Shown: positions 1 through 11,654 of the stretch, one piece after another
Layout of the letters: the number at the start of each line of letters is the position of its first letter
How positions within the stretch are numbered: the first letter of the stretch is position 1
Source: Sphagnum compactum
Taxonomy: Eukaryota
Length of the DNA: 64,000 nt
Reading direction: 5' to 3'
Assembly: GCA_965153455.1 (NCBI GenBank)
Contig: OZ234494.1
Location: forward strand, 10,974,001-11,038,000
Program-made: the position numbers and the translations under genes
Notes under the pieces: generated by a model
The model's input: the letters and a program-made list of their open reading frames with translations, nothing else
The model's database searches: none
What the model was told of the DNA's origin: nothing

Positions 1-158
1 TTGGAAGGTGCTAGTCGGAGTAGTACTCTTTACAGTCGAAAATCCAAGTGCCACTGCCTCTAGTGCACTCCGCGTACACAATTTCTGAACAGTTATTGGG
101 CTTTTCTGAGTTCCCGACTTACTTGCTATCTAGTGCTGCCAAAGGCTCACTCGTCCAC

Positions 159-215
159 TCAAGGTCACTTCGATACCTTACTCGAGGTCACTTCACTAGT
201 TCATTCGAGGTCACT
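159..215. promoter_or_regulatory. Three 23-bp-spaced TC(A/G)AGGTCACT motifs (W-box-core-like TGACC on the minus strand) upstream of the NAC gene
   Basis: Motif starts at 159, 182 and 205 (exact 23-bp period). A degenerate fourth copy (TCGAGACCACT) sits near 240. All lie about 120-200 bp upstream of the ATG at 364. Confidence 0.4.
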
Positions 216-363
216 AGACATAGAACTCTGAAATTTTTCTCGAGACCACTTGACTTATAGTTCACGCAACTCAGTAGAGATAGAATTTTCTTGTGCTTTC
301 TGGCTGCAAGAGACTGGATAGCAGAGGCACATTGTCTAAAAGAACGCCGCCGCAACCAAAATC

Positions 364-2698
364 ATGGATAGTGTGCGGCTCTCCAAATTGGAGCCACAAC
401 AATCTGAAGACTCATCGCCGATGCCAGGGTTTCGCTTTCATCCCACCGATGAAGAGCTAGTCGCATACTATTTACCGCGGCAACTACGCCGGAAGAGGCT
501 TCCTGTGGCGGTCATAACACAGCTCGACATCTACAAATACGACCCCTGGGATCTTCCAAGTATGTATTTCGCAGTTCTCGACTCCATCCAGAACTTAGTT
601 GCAACAGTGAGGCAATTCTAGTTAGTGTGCTTGAAATCTCAATTCTGGTTTTGACTGAGCACTTCATTGAATCTACACCTAAACCGTTGTCGAGAGTTGA
701 GGATCAACGTTTTCCTTTCAACTTTGTTAGTGAATCAGCCCGTTTTACAAGACAAAGAAAAGACATGAAACACTGGAAACCAGTGCGGGCAGGTCATTGA
801 AGTTCATGGTTGTGCATCATATTCAGACATAGTAATCTTCGCTGCTCTTTAATAGCACACGCTTCGGATCTGAAAGAATATTCTTGACTAAGCAGATGCT
901 TTAGATTCCAAGTAGGATAATTGACCAGCTTGTTCTAGGATGTTGAGTCTGTCTCTTGGAGTTGGTCGTAATCTAAGAATTACTTGGTTCATCTTTTTCG
1001 TGCCCAGAGTTGGCAACCGTGGGTGAGAAAGAGTGGTTCTTTTTCTGCCCAAGAGACAGAAAATATCGCAACAGTTTAAGGCCCAACCGTGTCACGGATT
1101 CGGGGTTTTGGAAAGCAACAGGCACGGACCGACCTATATATTCGACCGAGGGTGCCAAATGCATAGGGTTGAAGAAATCACTCGTCTTCTACAAAGGGCG
1201 AGCAGCGAAAGGCGTCAAAACTGACTGGATGATGCACGAATTTAGGTTACCTGCCTCTACCACAGATGCAGCTCATACGCTAACCCAAAATGTTGACAAT
1301 GCCATCAATGATGTTCAACTCCAACAGGTATGCATATGTTGCTCTATGACATCACCATTCTTTTTACCTGCTAGTACATCTCCTGCAGCAGATGTCCCTC
1401 TGTCCGAGGTGATGCATTTTCACTTTGCAGAGGTAATTGTGCTCTTTGTACAGTTCTGGTAGCACTAGCACAAAATGCATAGCAGTTTACTAGGGCGAAA
1501 ACATTTCTGACTCAAACATCACAAAACTTCATCTCAATCGCATAAAAAGTCGAGATTGTACTGGAGACGCAGGGTATCCCAGTACCTCTCCAGCGAGTAG
1601 AGCGTCCGAGGGTACATTGTTTCCGCGATTGATTGAGGTAGATACTGTTGCAAGATGAATCAACGATGCCAGCGCGGCCGTGATCAAAACAAGCTCCTCA
1701 CTTGGTATAGGGTTTTGTTGAATTTGCAGGATGGTTGGGCCGTCTGTCGAATATTTAAGAAGACTAAAATGTCGCAGAAGCATAAGCAAATTGGGACCGG
1801 AACAAGTCACGAGTTGGCGAGCGGCACCGTAGACCAACCTCAGGAATCGCTGGGTGTCCAATCCCAATATTTGTCAGTTGAAAGCAAGGATCAAGACTCC
1901 GACTCGGTTGGCGACGATCCCGAAGCCAGTGACGATATGATAAGCGATTTCAATTCCGAGGGTACGTCGCCAGCCGAGACCGTCAAGGACTTACCTCCTG
2001 CGGAAATGACTCCATTCGAACATCTGATCTTGTGTGACGAATCAGGGAGACGATCGAACATTACAGTACCCACTGATGCATCGGCATTTTCGTTGCCGGA
2101 GGAACATTTATATGAGACATCTAAAGCTGGCTTAGAAGCTCCGACATCCGAACTCAAAAGTAGTCATCTAAGTCCTCTAGGACGGCCAACTGTTGAAGGA
2201 GGGATAACGGACTCGACCTTCAACGTAGGCTCTACGACATCCAGTGTGATGATGGCTGGTAATCGGTTCCCTCGAGAAAGGAATCATCAAATCTTTTCGG
2301 ATAAGTCTTCGAATGCCACAGAATTATCACCGTCGACTCGAAACACGCTTGAACTTGTGCAGTCGATATTATCTCCATCAATAGATTATGGCATTCAGCA
2401 TAGAGGGAGCAACGAAACCATGTCTGAGAGGCTGAAAACTGCGCAAAACCAAGATAATAGTACCTTATACGTTGGATCCACAGTTGAGTCTGGTGAAAGT
2501 TCAATGCAGCCAATCGGCGAGCAGCCTGGTCCCGGAACGATGCCTGAGCTATCGGTGCGAGTCCCGCAACATGTTCGTGAATTTCTGGACAATCTTCCGC
2601 CTTGGGACTTCTCTCCTCTGTTCATCTCCCCTCCCACCCTTGCTTTTATCAACAACTCAATGAATCACAGCCAGGATCGACTATTTGACCAAGATTGA
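364..2698 (+). CDS. NAC-domain transcription factor, FEZ/ANAC009-like, 3 exons, about 494 aa
   Basis: Exons 364-559, 1008-1327 and 1730-2698 have GT..AG borders and consistent phases (1485 nt). NAC subdomains are present: [97 protein letters not shown] Ser/acidic C-terminal region follows. Confidence 0.95.
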
Positions 2699-3887
2699 AA
2701 CAAAGTTCCAGCAGCTTGCGAGTGCTCACATCAAATTTCCTAATGGACGCAGATCAAGCAAGAATGAGGAACTCTTCGCGCAGCGATGTGCTTCATCACT
2801 TAGGCTCATTCTTTCCATTGAATTTACCTAGTATCTTTTCCCCTCAAAATTTCAGATTTCTGCATAATTCGTATAAAACTCATAATTTGCAGGAGCTAAT
2901 CATTCGTTCCATGCTGAACTTGTGTTCAGAAGTTAGCTTCCCCAATTTTATGATTAGTTAGCCGGTTTTGCAAATGGAAGAAGTGCCTTCATTTTTAGAG
3001 ATCATTGACTAGAGCCTGCAAAACTCAGTTGTACAAATGATTCTTTTGCCATTAAAACATCGTGATCTCGTTCAGTCATGAGAGTTATATAGGCATAAGA
3101 TTTTTTGAGTGTATAGTGTAATCATAAATAGAAGTCACATGTGGAACACGTTTGTGCAAAAAAATTGCAAGTGTTATGATCTCTCATATCATGAATACAG
3201 CCTGGTTTTCATAAAGCATGCAAGGTTTGCAGTTGGCTGCTCTGCTTCCAATTGGAAGGGATAGTTGTGTTCAGGATTGGGAGATAAAAGCATTGTGTTA
3301 TTATTAAGACTTGGCCCAGACAAATTCAGCCGATGTTGACCATGACTTTGATCATCTGAGAACGTTACTGTCAAGCCCCCCACCAGCCAACTATGTTGTA
3401 CTTCCAAGTTCCTACATACTAGTACAAGAAGCTAGGATTGTGCAATGTAATGGTAATCCGAACTGAGTTATAATCACTATACGAGGACGGTTTCATGGAA
3501 ACACCAGCTTTGATACTCCAGATCAGTCCTGGTTGTAACCGGCAGTACGAGTCGTTGCAACGGGAGTTTCTAATCGGAGTTCAAAACACCGTTTAAAAAC
3601 GTTCTCTTCAAAACGAAAAGGCCGAAGGTCATAAAAACGGGCCTATGCAACAACCTAAGAAAATGTCAATGGAAGCACATGAAAAGTTTCAAAGCGTCTA
3701 ACTGAAACATTTCAAAGGAGTCAACATACATGGTCAATGCGAATGTTATTCATACTTCCAAAGCGAGTCCAATGCTTCAAAAACCTTTACAATGGAGTTT
3801 GCTTGGTTGTGGCTAGTCACTGTGCATGCACCCCAGAATCCCAGATTTTTTACTTAAGGAAAGGTCTCTTTGAAGGACTTGTTGCGA

Positions 3888-4175
3888 ACTTGCACACGAT
3901 ACACTCCACATCTTCACAAAAGCATTTTCAAAGATCGCACTCTACACCTTGACGTTTTTTGGAGAAGGAATAAACTATCTGAGGGAGATTATAACATGAT
4001 TGTTCCATCTTTGATTCTCTAGCAGACTTCCATCCTGAGAGTGTTACGGATGTGAGCAAACTTGCACACGATACAGGCCACATCTTCAAAAAAACGTTTC
4101 AAGAATCGAACTCTACACCTTGACGTTTTTGTGAACAAGCCACAAACTATATCTCAGGGAGATTTAAACATGAGG
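3888..4175. repeat. Diverged direct duplication (about 115-bp homologous block, about 172-bp spacing) between the NAC and germin 3' ends
   Basis: AACTTGCACACGATACA..CCACATCTTCA..CTCTACACCTTGACGTTTTT..AAACTAT..AACATGA occurs at about 3888 and about 4059. Confidence 0.8.
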
Positions 4176-4939
4176 GTTTCTACTTGCAGCACAGGGGGCT
4201 GGAGAGAAGAGCCAGCTATTTGAGGGAAGCATGCAGTCCTGCAACAACAGGCTGCCAAATCTAAGATCAGCGTCTAAGGTTAAACTAGTGGTGTAGAAGC
4301 ATCGCCTGAGCTACTGAGTTTTCTGAAGGGGGCGATTTTTACAGTAATAAAAACGGCAAACTTCAGGACGTCCGTTTCTCGGTGTAGAAATTTCTAGATC
4401 GCAGTATTTCCAACTATGGAACTTATGGCACAGATTTCTCTACTACGTCCTCGGTAGACCAAAGAGAATTTGGGGGATTCCATCCAATTTGTCGATATCT
4501 GACCCCAGTGCTTCCCATCGGGACTCTATTTGCACCGCCCTTGCACACCTTGAAACTAAACTGCCATGTACGAAGAATAACATTGCACAGAAATTTTTAT
4601 TACTTGTAAAAACGATCTGCAACATGATCCGCAGGATGATTGGAAAATTGCTAGGACTTTTCAGATCCTGAGAACGTAGGATACAAACGAAATTATCCGC
4701 TATTGAAATGTCATGCATGCTCGGTCGGCCCCCAACGAGATGCAATTCAGAGGGCTTAAAACATGTATTATTCACTCCAAAGTACACAACATAAATACAA
4801 GCATCAAATCACTATGATAATTAAGGAATCGGTGAGCTGAAGTGGGTGAATTACAGTCTTCAAATTAACCTTGCTTAAAATAACTGATTAGCTCATCGGA
4901 AGACATTAGGCGATCGAGAGCGATGCCGCCGCTTTGCAA

Positions 4940-5731
4940 TCAAAGTGCTTCAGTCAAAAGCGACAAGACAAGACGGTTCAAGTTATTGGACCGATCCTCC
5001 GACGTTGCCTCTTCATTTATACCCTTGCCTTTGGCCTGGGAATTGAAGAATTTCTTCAGGTCCACGACAACTTCACGTGACAGATTGAACGTCTTCTCAA
5101 GGATGATGTCGGGGATGTCGGTTCCGAACACCGAATTGCCGGAGTTTACTCGACCAGGATTTTGGCTGCTTAGAGCAGCTATTGCGAGAGCTTTCCTACT
5201 GCCATTATTGTACTGGAAGTGCACCAGGCCTCTGGGGAAGATGGTGACATCACCCGTCTGCAAGGTGTTGGCCCAGAGAAAGTTGTTTTCGTCCACGAAA
5301 CCCACCTGGAGGGGCCCACTGACTACGAACAGTATCTCGGAGGCGCGCGGATGCCAATGGGGCACATTGAGACCCTGTGGTAAAAAGTCGAGGCGTGCCA
5401 TCGAGATTCCTTGGGTGTTGATCCCCGGGAATTCATTCTCAAAGGCCGTGTTGACGCTATTGCCATAGAACTTATTGAACGGTAGAGGTTTCTGAAGCCC
5501 AGTATACACGAAGTCACTGGGGGTCACCTGTCCCGGTTTCTTGCATACTAGCCCGTTCACAGTGATATTACTTGTCAGGTCCCCGACACAAAAGCCCTGT
5601 AAAGGATCAGGGTCCGCAGCCATGACCATCGTGACACCAATAATCGCTACGACCGCAACCAACAAGAACTTAGGTAGAATCACTGCACTATAATAGCGCT
5701 GGGTTGATCGGACCCCTGTAGTACAAGCCAT
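4940..5731 (-). CDS. Germin-like protein (Mn-binding cupin), secreted, intronless, 263 aa
   Basis: A hydrophobic signal peptide precedes ADPDPLQGFCVGD (box A). NGLVCK, box B GLNVPHWHPRASEILFV and box C FPRGLVHFQYN follow. The His-His-Glu-His metal ligands and the Cys pair are intact. Confidence 0.95.
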   Translation of the reverse strand: MACTTGVRSTQRYYSAVILPKFLLVAVVAIIGVTMVMAADPDPLQGFCVGDLTSNITVNGLVCKKPGQVTPSDFVYTGLQKPLPFNKFYGNSVNTAFENEFPGINTQGISMARLDFLPQGLNVPHWHPRASEILFVVSGPLQVGFVDENNFLWANTLQTGDVTIFPRGLVHFQYNNGSRKALAIAALSSQNPGRVNSGNSVFGTDIPDIILEKTFNLSREVVVDLKKFFNSQAKGKGINEEATSEDRSNNLNRLVLSLLTEAL

Positions 5732-6693
5732 TGAATGAAATGCACAAAGATCGACCTGATCTCAGTTCTATGAAATTTAATCAAGCTAGCAAGTACTCTT
5801 GCAGGCGATAGATCAGTTTCCCAATGTACTTCAAAATGATCGTGCTCGTTGAAGCACTCTAGTCTAGGCTGAGCTTCAAAATTATCTCCTGCAGGGAGAT
5901 GGTTTGTTCTGAATTGACCTTAATGCACGATCCTAGGCTGATGGAACACAAAATAAGGAGATGTTCTATAGAGGATGAAGATGAAGATTGAGAATGTTTG
6001 ATAGCGTGCAGGAGAGTTCTATAGCAGATGAAGATTGAGAATGTTCGATGGTCGATTGAGACCTTCGATTTATATGGTCCGATTGCCTAGCTTGCGTCGC
6101 TAGGCATGCAATGGAGCACGAGCATCGCAATACTAGGTTGAATTATGACTATACGGTGGCTACTTATTTTCAAAGAAGGCATGCATATACGGAGACCCCA
6201 CTGTGCGCAATCTTACAGTACTCCATTCTCGTGATCAAGATGCTGCCGCGCACGGCCACGCCACGCCGTGCCAACCCATGTGCATTCAGAAATTAAATAA
6301 ATTGTAGCTGGCGTCATGAAAGATAAGAGCAAGGGAAAGTGCGTCAGTGACAACTGTGACCATAGGAGCGATTGATCCTTAGCTCTTTCCTTTTTGCGTC
6401 TATAGGATTTCATTATACTGTATCGCCACAAAGTGACCAGGGGCCTAAGGCTGTACTGGCTCACATGGCCTCATGATGTTTCACGCATAATTCATTGCTT
6501 TCTTTCTCCAGGGACCTCCAGCCCATGATGGACTACCTCTCCACCCCTTTTGTACCTATTGCTTTTAGACTCATGTGTTTTCAGAAATGTGTTGAAATGG
6601 TTAACCAAGCAAGACTCTTGCTGCCTGACCCAGAGTAGACTAGCTTCTCAAGATAGCCCATGTTTTAAAAGATTGACTTCCAGTAGTAATTAC

Positions 6694-7044
6694 CAGTGTT
6701 GGCCAGTTATTTAAAACCATACCAGACCCCTGATCGTTATCAGGGTGGTTCTTAGGATTCAAAGTGTTACTCTCAAAAACAATTAAAGACCTGGTTCTGG
6801 TATACAAAGTTGATGTGTATCTCAATTTTTTGGAAAAACCAAATAGCCAGCCATAAAACTGCCCTGGTTCACTGTCAGTTCTTTCATGAAAACCATTGGT
6901 TCTTTAACCTGTTTCAAATGACAGGACCAGCAATTCTTTGATTCTTATTTTTTCAAACGTCTAGAACTGTTGGTTCTCTAATTCTGAAAAAAAATTAAAA
7001 TCAGGAAGTGGTTCTTTGAAAATTCAAATAAGCGCCCAACACTA
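6694..7044. mobile_element. hAT-type MITE, 351 bp
   Basis: Terminal inverted repeats (TIRs) CAGTGTTGG / CCAACACTA. Perfect 8-bp TSD GTAATTAC at 6686-6693 and 7045-7052. Confidence 0.8.
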
Positions 7045-8320
7045 GTAATTACCAATTTATTGAGTCACTCTTTGATTTTGTTATATAACCTCCAGTTGCA
7101 AGTTTTTGAGGATTTTCAAAGTCAAAGAAACCCCAATTCCTGAACTTTTAAAAACCTAAGAATGAAGTAATCATCAATTCTGGTTTTTGAAAAGTTCTAG
7201 CACAAAACCTTGATGGTTTAGGGGTCTATGAACACAATTGGGGTTCCAATTTAAAGGAGTGTCTAACTTTTAAAGGACTCCAATTTCTAAATGACAACTT
7301 GAGTTTTTCTCTTATTTATATTTTTATAACTATCACGGATTGTTGTATGCCGATGAATAAAGTGATGTCATGTTAAGTTAATTATAAAGAAAAAATTAAT
7401 AATTTGAATATATTATATAAATGTCCTTTTTAAGTTCAAGACCTTTAAATTAACTATATCATGTTTCTTAATTATATTTTAAAAATAAAATCAAACTTAT
7501 GATTGTAAAATCAGGTTTTTTTCAACTTTTTTTCTAAAAAATTATAATATTTTTTTCTATGCAAGTACATGTTCATTGGCAGAACTTGATGAAATAATGA
7601 ATAAATCAAAATTTCAAAGGCTTGAAATTTTGAGTTAATTTTTTAGAAAAAAATAAAATAAAACCATTTGGTTTGTTGTTTATTAGTTGAACTTTCAATT
7701 TTTAACTTCAGGTGGAAGTCAAGCATAGGAAATAATCATGCCAAAAAACATGTTTAACTATCCATAAACTTATTTGAACATTTTTTTGCATTTTTACGTG
7801 TAAAGTTAAACATTGATGAACAATGATGCACACATTGCAACTTGAATCATTCATTATTTTCTCACTTAAATTTGCTGTATATAAATATTATTTGTGGAAC
7901 CTAGTGAAAAAAATCTCAAAGTCCTTATTCTTTTTTTGGAACTTCAATTATGAATGAGCCCTCAAGGTATGTTCTTTGAACACTTCTATGATATTTCCAA
8001 GTTCTGGGTCAAAACTCTTCATTATTTGTTTTTTTTTCTTGGAGAACTATGGCTTTTCAGGGTTCCATATACCTCTCCCTTACCCACTGGTTCTTTGTTG
8101 GGAAAAGAGAACCGCCCAACACCCTTAATTACCTGTTATATAGTGGAGTGTAATTTACAAAATGTTATCTCACTGGTCGATATATGGCAAGGGTTCTTTG
8201 GGCCCCCCACTAGAGTCCTCTAGAAGAGGAGTTGTCAAGGTTTGTTGGAACTTACAAGAGGAATGCCAGGGCCTCGCCAGTGTGACTCGTAAGTTAAGTC
8301 AACATGTCCTACGTGAGGCT

Positions 8321-8573
8321 CTGCGTTATTTTTTTCCATTTTGTACTGAGCAGGAGTGGCGAGCATGCTAGGGGAGATTTCGAATCAACTGGCGACAGTT
8401 TTGTACAGGACCATTAAATGTTTAGCCTAAAGACAGGCCCGTGGCGACAGTCTTCTCAAAAACAGTTTTAAAAGAGCGAAATTTGGCGATCTTGTTTTGA
8501 AGAAAAAGGGTTTTCCGTCAGAAATTTGGATCAGTGTCGCCGTTTTGCGACTTTTCGCCAGAAAAAAATACTG
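8321..8573. mobile_element. hAT-type MITE, 253 bp
   Basis: Perfect 8-bp TSD GTGAGGCT at 8313-8320 and 8574-8581. Right end AAAAAAATACTG; left end degenerate. Internal TGGCGA subterminal motifs; homologous to 9118-9384. Confidence 0.8.
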
Positions 8574-8828
8574 GTGAGGCTGGGGCTTAACATTGGCTTG
8601 GGTGCACCTAGCAAAATTTTGCAAGCCCTGCCGAGCATATAGGGATAAATGGAGCATGATGAGAGCACAAGGGGAACAACAGACTTGGCAGGCATGGCGG
8701 ATTCTGGTTTCTGCAATTTGTATTCTGAACTTTGCTTTTAGCAAATTGTACATGTATCGTTGACTTTAAGCTACTATAATTATCTATATGAACAAATACA
8801 TGACGTTAACGATGTATGTTTTCAATGT

Positions 8829-8949
8829 TTTGTACCTTTTTGAAGAGTTCTCAAGTTGATATCTGGAGAACGTGCATGGTTCCTGCCATTTGTACCTTTT
8901 TGAAGAGTTCTCAAGTTGATATCTGAAGAACGTGCATGGTTCCTGCCAT
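8829..8949. repeat. Near-perfect 60-bp tandem duplication
   Basis: TTTGTACCTTTTTGAAGAGTTCTCAAGTTGATATCTG(G/A)AGAACGTGCATGGTTCCTGCCAT occurs twice with an exact period of 60. Confidence 0.95.
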
Positions 8950-9117
8950 CCCCGAATGCACTTTTTGTTTTAATGATGTCATTCCATCGTTAAAAGTCGC
9001 CCATGTTTTCCAACAAATACCATGCCGTCATTGAAAAAACAAATGGGCGTTGACAAAATACGGTACGTGATAAGAGCCCATTTTCGTCAGGTTCCATTGT
9101 GGAGAAACATGTGCACC

Positions 9118-9384
9118 CGGTGTTTTTTTTTTTTCAATTTCCTGATGTAGCCAGCGTGGCGAGCATCCCTAGGCAGATTTCGACTTAACTGGCGAATTTA
9201 TTTCAAGAAACTCTGAAAACTGTAGCCAGTAGGCATAAATGTGGCGACACCATCCCCAAAAAAACCAGTTTTCTGTCGCTTTTTGGCAAAAAAATTTCTC
9301 AAAAACAGGGAATTTGCGACAGAATATTCCGTTTTCAGAACACTGTGTCGCCAGTTGGCGATTTTTCGGCAAAAAAAATCACTG
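9118..9384. mobile_element. hAT-type MITE, 267 bp
   Basis: Ends CGGTGTTTTTTT / AAAAAAAATCACTG. TSD TGTGCACC vs TGTGCAAC (7/8). The right end matches that of the 6-kb hAT at 58949. Confidence 0.8.
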
Positions 9385-9463
9385 TGTGCAACGTCTATAG
9401 TGACAAAGGGGGAGGAGCTTTCTACATCAATTTCGAGAAGCTGTGTCCTAGTTTATATATATA

Positions 9464-10061
9464 CTAGTGGGCTCCCGTGCCTGCAAGGCACGACACGACA
9501 CTGGGAAAAAACTGGGAGTCCAAAGGAGACCCCAAAGAACCCCATAATTGGACGGAACTTACGAATACATAAATATTTCATCCTCATAATCAATCCATCC
9601 AAAACTCTAAGTGAACAAAACTACAAAATCTTTAATATTTCATCCACATAATCATTCCTCCTAATTGGACGGAACTACAAATACATGATATCTCATCCTC
9701 ATAACCACCCATCCAGAACTCTGAGCTACAAACGTATAATATTAGAACTGCCGGGTTTTCGTGCACAGAACTGCCGGGCTTCACGATCTGGATTTCAGGA
9801 CCTCGACCAGACGGACAGGCGGGTCCCGATCTGGGTTTCAGGACCTCGACGGACGGACAGGACCTCGACAGTCAGGACCTCGACGCTCGGACTTGCCGGC
9901 CCGGTCGACCGGACTTGCCCTTGGGACTGCTACTCTTCTCCTGTTGCTATTACTGTTTTTTCCTCAGGAGCTGGGTTTCAGGACCTCGAGGCGCGCGCCG
10001 GGCCCGGTCCGCGTGAAACCCGAGCTCCGTCACAGACGGACAAGGCACTTTATATATAAGA
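9464..10061 (-). mobile_element. Non-autonomous Helitron, copy 1 (598 bp)
   Basis: The minus strand starts TCTTATATATAAA and ends with hairpin CGTGCC-TTGCA-GGCACG, then 8 nt, then CTAG. It is inserted between A and T with no TSD. Internal GGTTTCAGGACCTCGAC subrepeats; second copy at 49757-50289. Confidence 0.9.
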
Positions 10062-11654
10062 TATACACGAGACGGATTAAGGGGAAGCTTCACGACGTCC
10101 TTTACTATATATCATACTTATACTTTAGGATGTATAAAGTACATTGTCTAATACAGCTGTACAACAAGGAAGAAATGAAGGGGGAAAAGCAAAGGACACA
10201 TGTCGTATTCTTCAAAATTACCTTCTAATTTTGCTAAAGTTCGGAATAACACAATAAGTTAATTACCCACAATGTCCTGTATGGAGTGGAAGTCAAGAGG
10301 TGAGCATATGCGCTAAAGGTGCTCCATTTAGAATTATTGGTCCAGTTGTATCTTTGGAAGTGCTAGGGACAAGAGATCCTATGAACACTCAGCATCTGAA
10401 GAAAGTGATCCTCATTGTGAGCTGAACCTTTTAGACCTATGATGCACAGTGAAGGATTTGTTATAGTTCTACAAATGAACATGCGTTTAACTACTCATAC
10501 TTTTTATTGTTTGTCGAAAATGCCTGGTTATTTGGGTGTTGACCCCAATACCCCACCTTTCCTTATTACGCTGCCTTTGGAGGTTATACAAACTTCCGGG
10601 GAAGTTGAGTGGGTTGGGAAGTTTACTTGGGCAACAATTTTTTTTTAAAAATCAACAATTATGACATCAGTGAATTGCAATGGAATGGGTAATATAATAT
10701 GCTTACATAATATGTAAGATCAGCAATAACTACAAGGTGAGGACCTAGTCTTTTGAAAAGGATTAGGTCATAAAATACTAGCATTATAGTATATGATATA
10801 ACAAAGTGCATTTACAATTGGGGTACAAAAAAGGAATGTTTGATTGCAAAATTATGTTGAACTTTAATTTTGATTGATTGTCATGACTAATACACCTTAT
10901 AAGGTTTTTTTTTTTTTTTTTTTTTTGGGTTTGATTAGATAAAAATATACATTAAAATAATATGATAAAAAATAATGAAAATTTTGATGATTAAAAAACA
11001 TCCTTGAGTGTTTTGAAACATGACTATGTATAACATTATGTCTGAATATGCAATTTTATAACAAAAAAATCAATAGGAATAGCAATATTTGTTGAAATTG
11101 TTTCATATTTTAATCACAAATAAAGTATGTTTTACATGATGATATAAAACTTTTTAATATCATGAAACACCAAATTTTCATGGAATTACTACTATGATTG
11201 TCATGTTAATTTTGTTCATAATTAGGTTACAATCCAAAGGCTTGGAAATACAAGAAATGTGGATGAAAAAAAACAATACGTGATATTTATAATAAAACTT
11301 TGGCTTTCCAAAATTCAAATGAACTATCATTTTGGAAATGTATTGAAGTTTTGCATTCTTTATTGGTTTGTACTTCAATAGGACATTCAAAACTTGCTAA
11401 TTTTTAATTTTTACCATTCATTGTAACATATATTGGTTGAAGACCTAGACATACATATGTATTCATTTTTCTTTATTTGTATTTTAAAACATTCATTTGG
11501 TCTCAAAACAAAAAACACACAAAAGGACTCAATAATGGTCCTTCTTATGGTAGGTCAATTGTGCATTGTAGTTGTATATTAGTTATTTTGGAGCTTTAGT
11601 TGTAAAGTAGTCTAGTTGCCACAAACATAATTTTTCATAGTGTTGTGGAAACAA

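Noticed and set aside
1655..1729. N-terminal part of the 347-aa ORF as a separate gene start
   Set aside because: It lies in NAC intron 2. The true exon 3 begins at the TTGCAG acceptor (1730), restoring subdomain E.
4923..5468. 181-aa plus-strand ORF
   Set aside because: Antisense shadow of the germin CDS.
9685..10228. ORFs of 124 and 155 aa (and 50082-50345)
   Set aside because: They are translations of the GC-rich Helitron minisatellite interior, with no domain similarity.
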